Assembly: GCA_937907055.1 (NCBI GenBank)
Contig: CALCTW010000048.1
Location: forward strand, 1-17,122
Direction of reading: 5' to 3'
Length of the DNA: 17,122 bases
Source of the DNA: an uncultured Clostridia bacterium
GTDB lineage: Bacteria > Bacillota > Clostridia > Christensenellales > Aristaeellaceae
The position numbers and the translations under genes are program-made. Numbering within the stretch: the stretch's first letter is position 1; every line of letters begins with the position of its first letter. The notes beneath the pieces were generated by a model. That model was given only the letters and a program-made list of their open reading frames with translations. It was not told the DNA's origin and did not search any database. This document shows positions 15,374 through 17,122 of the stretch, one piece after another.

Positions 15374-17122
15374 ATGATTCGGAATGATATCCGTAATATC
15401 GCCATTATCGCCCACGTTGACCATGGTAAGACCACACTGGTGGATCAGATGCTCAAGCAGGGCGGTGCTTTCCGTCAGAATCAGCAGGTCGCGGAGCGCG
15501 TGATGGACTCCAATGACCTCGAACGTGAGCGCGGCATTACCATTCTGGCAAAGAATACGGCTGTGCATTACGGCGATACCAAGATCAACATCGTTGACAC
15601 TCCCGGCCACGCCGATTTCGGCGGCGAGGTGGAGCGCGTCCTCAAGATGGTGGATGGCGTTCTGCTGCTGGTCGACAGCTTTGAAGGCCCCATGCCGCAG
15701 ACCCGTTTCGTCCTTCAGAAGGCGCTGGGTCTGGGTCTGCCGGTCATCCCCGTCATCAACAAGGTGGATCGTCCCGATGCCCGCTGCGCCGAAGTTGTGG
15801 ATGAGCTGCTGGATCTTCTGATCGAGCTGGATGCCGATCCCGAGACCCTCGATCATCCCATCGTTTACGCGTCCGCCCGCAAGGGTACCGCCACGCTGGA
15901 TCTCGATCAGCCCAATGAGGATCTTGTCCCCCTGTTCGAGACCATCCTCAAATATATCCCCGCGCCCGAAGGCGATGAGAACGGCCCCGCGCAGGTGCTC
16001 ATCTCCACCATCGACTATAACGAGTACGTGGGCCGTATCGGCATCGGCCGCATCACCCGCGGTACCTTCAAGGATAACACCATGGTGGTGCGCTGCAATG
16101 CCACCAATGATAAAGTATCTCCGCCCTGGCGTCTGACCGGCCTCAGCCTGTACAGCGGCCTCAAGCGCATCCCGGCTGAATCTGTCGGCATGGGCGATAT
16201 CGTGGCCCTGACCGGTCTGGCCGATATCTCCATCGGTGATACCGTGTGCGATCCCGCCGTACCGGATCCGCTTCCTTTTGTCGCCATCAGCGAGCCCACT
16301 GTCACCATGACCTTCTCCGTCAACGATTCTCCGTTTGCCGGCCGTGAAGGCACCTATGTTACCAGCCGTCACCTCCGCGCCCGTCTCTACCGCGAACTGG
16401 AGACCGACGTTTCCCTTCGTGTCAACGATGGTGAAACGCCCGATATCTTCCAGGTCTGCGGCCGCGGTGAACTGCACCTCTCCATCCTCATCGAGACCAT
16501 GCGCCGTGAAGGCTATGAGTTCCAGGTGAGCAAGCCGGAAGTGCTCTATCGCGTGGAGAACGGTCACAAGCAGGAGCCCATCGAGCGCATGGTCGCCGAT
16601 GTGCCCCAGGCCTACGCCGGCGCTGTCATTGAAAAGATCGGCCGCCGCCGCGGCACGCTGGAAAACATGGTCGGCGGTGATCGTGTCCGTCTGGAATTCA
16701 TGGTTCCCAGCCGCGGTCTCTTCGGCTACCGCAGCGAGTTCATGACCGACACCCGCGGTGAAGGCATCATGAGCGCTGTGTTCGATCACTATGAGGATTA
16801 TAAGGGTGATATCCCGCACCGCGCGGTCGGCGCGCTCGTCTGTTCCGAGACCGGCGAAGCCACCCAGTACGCCCTGTTCTATGTGCAGGAGCGCGGCAGC
16901 CTCTTCATCACCTCCCAGACCCCTGTCTATGAAGGCATGATCTGCGGCCAGAACGCCCGTCCCGGTGATATCCCGGTCAACGTGTGCAAGGCCAAGCATG
17001 TCACCAACATCCGCAACTCTTCCGCCTCTGAAGACAGTCTGCGCCTCGTCAGCGTGCATCCGCTCACGCTGGAGGAATGCATGGAGTTCATCGATGATGA
17101 TGAGCTGCTGGAGAGAGCTTGA
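15374..17122 (+). CDS. typA: Translational GTPase TypA/BipA. The C-terminus looks about 25 aa short, and the stop is the last codon of the window.
   Basis: 582 aa. G1 [11 protein letters not shown]3 [15 protein letters not shown]4 NKVDR. TypA-specific C-terminal domain ends ...[19 protein letters not shown], with TGA at 17120-17122. Confidence 0.93.
   Translation: MIRNDIRNIAIIAHVDHGKTTLVDQMLKQGGAFRQNQQVAERVMDSNDLERERGITILAKNTAVHYGDTKINIVDTPGHADFGGEVERVLKMVDGVLLLVDSFEGPMPQTRFVLQKALGLGLPVIPVINKVDRPDARCAEVVDELLDLLIELDADPETLDHPIVYASARKGTATLDLDQPNEDLVPLFETILKYIPAPEGDENGPAQVLISTIDYNEYVGRIGIGRITRGTFKDNTMVVRCNATNDKVSPPWRLTGLSLYSGLKRIPAESVGMGDIVALTGLADISIGDTVCDPAVPDPLPFVAISEPTVTMTFSVNDSPFAGREGTYVTSRHLRARLYRELETDVSLRVNDGETPDIFQVCGRGELHLSILIETMRREGYEFQVSKPEVLYRVENGHKQEPIERMVADVPQAYAGAVIEKIGRRRGTLENMVGGDRVRLEFMVPSRGLFGYRSEFMTDTRGEGIMSAVFDHYEDYKGDIPHRAVGALVCSETGEATQYALFYVQERGSLFITSQTPVYEGMICGQNARPGDIPVNVCKAKHVTNIRNSSASEDSLRLVSVHPLTLEECMEFIDDDELLERA

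Noticed and set aside
13508-17059. 1183 aa ORF on the minus strand, spanning four genes and three intergenic spacers.
   Set aside because: It is codon-aligned antisense to DUF1294, the 216 aa gene, the 6-TM gene and typA, all of which happen to be in the same frame. Antisense stops in this register correspond to sense codons TTA, CTA and TCA, which these GC3-biased genes never use, so the frame stays open. The translated product is low-complexity (G/A/D/R/H-rich), has no RBS, and the plus-strand genes have unmistakable homology. It is a shadow ORF.
1-17122. Looked for CRISPR repeats, IS elements or integrases, tRNA/rRNA genes, prophage genes, toxin-antitoxin pairs and defence-system hallmarks.
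   Set aside because: None were found by eye. All larger ORFs are accounted for by housekeeping or conserved hypothetical genes. No repeat arrays or terminal inverted repeats were seen.

Overview
Chromosomal, mostly housekeeping segment of a moderately high-GC Firmicute. By eye it is Clostridia/Oscillospirales-like, inferred from gene content, consensus sigma-A promoters, strong GGAGG ribosome-binding sites (RBSs) and GC-ending codon bias. No mobile element, CRISPR array, tRNA or rRNA was seen.

Gene order:
- End of the alpha ribosomal operon: rpsK (partial), rpsD, rpoA, rplQ.
- A secreted LCP-family protein.
- A convergent YhhN-addB operon. There is no addA next to addB, and this AddB has lost its P-loop.
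- A DUF1934 / hypothetical / MBL-hydrolase operon.
- A ~245 nt GC-rich structured leader in front of a small double zinc-ribbon protein.
- A TM2-rhomboid gene translationally coupled to a DUF3267 zincin gene.
- A four-gene operon of unknown function: DUF2974, DUF1294, an unknown 216 aa protein and a 6-TM protein.
- typA/bipA.

Things most worth a second look:
1. An in-frame TAG at codon 28 of an otherwise intact, strongly promoted DUF2974 gene. None of the 18 gene ends in the window uses TAG.
2. The unclassified structured RNA leader at 9879-10091.
3. The orphan, P-loop-less AddB.
4. The two-protease membrane operon.
5. The 216 aa protein, whose motif pattern loosely resembles ferredoxin-dependent bilin reductases.

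I did not find a clear, self-contained novel system. The long antisense ORFs in the ORF track are codon-aligned shadow ORFs.
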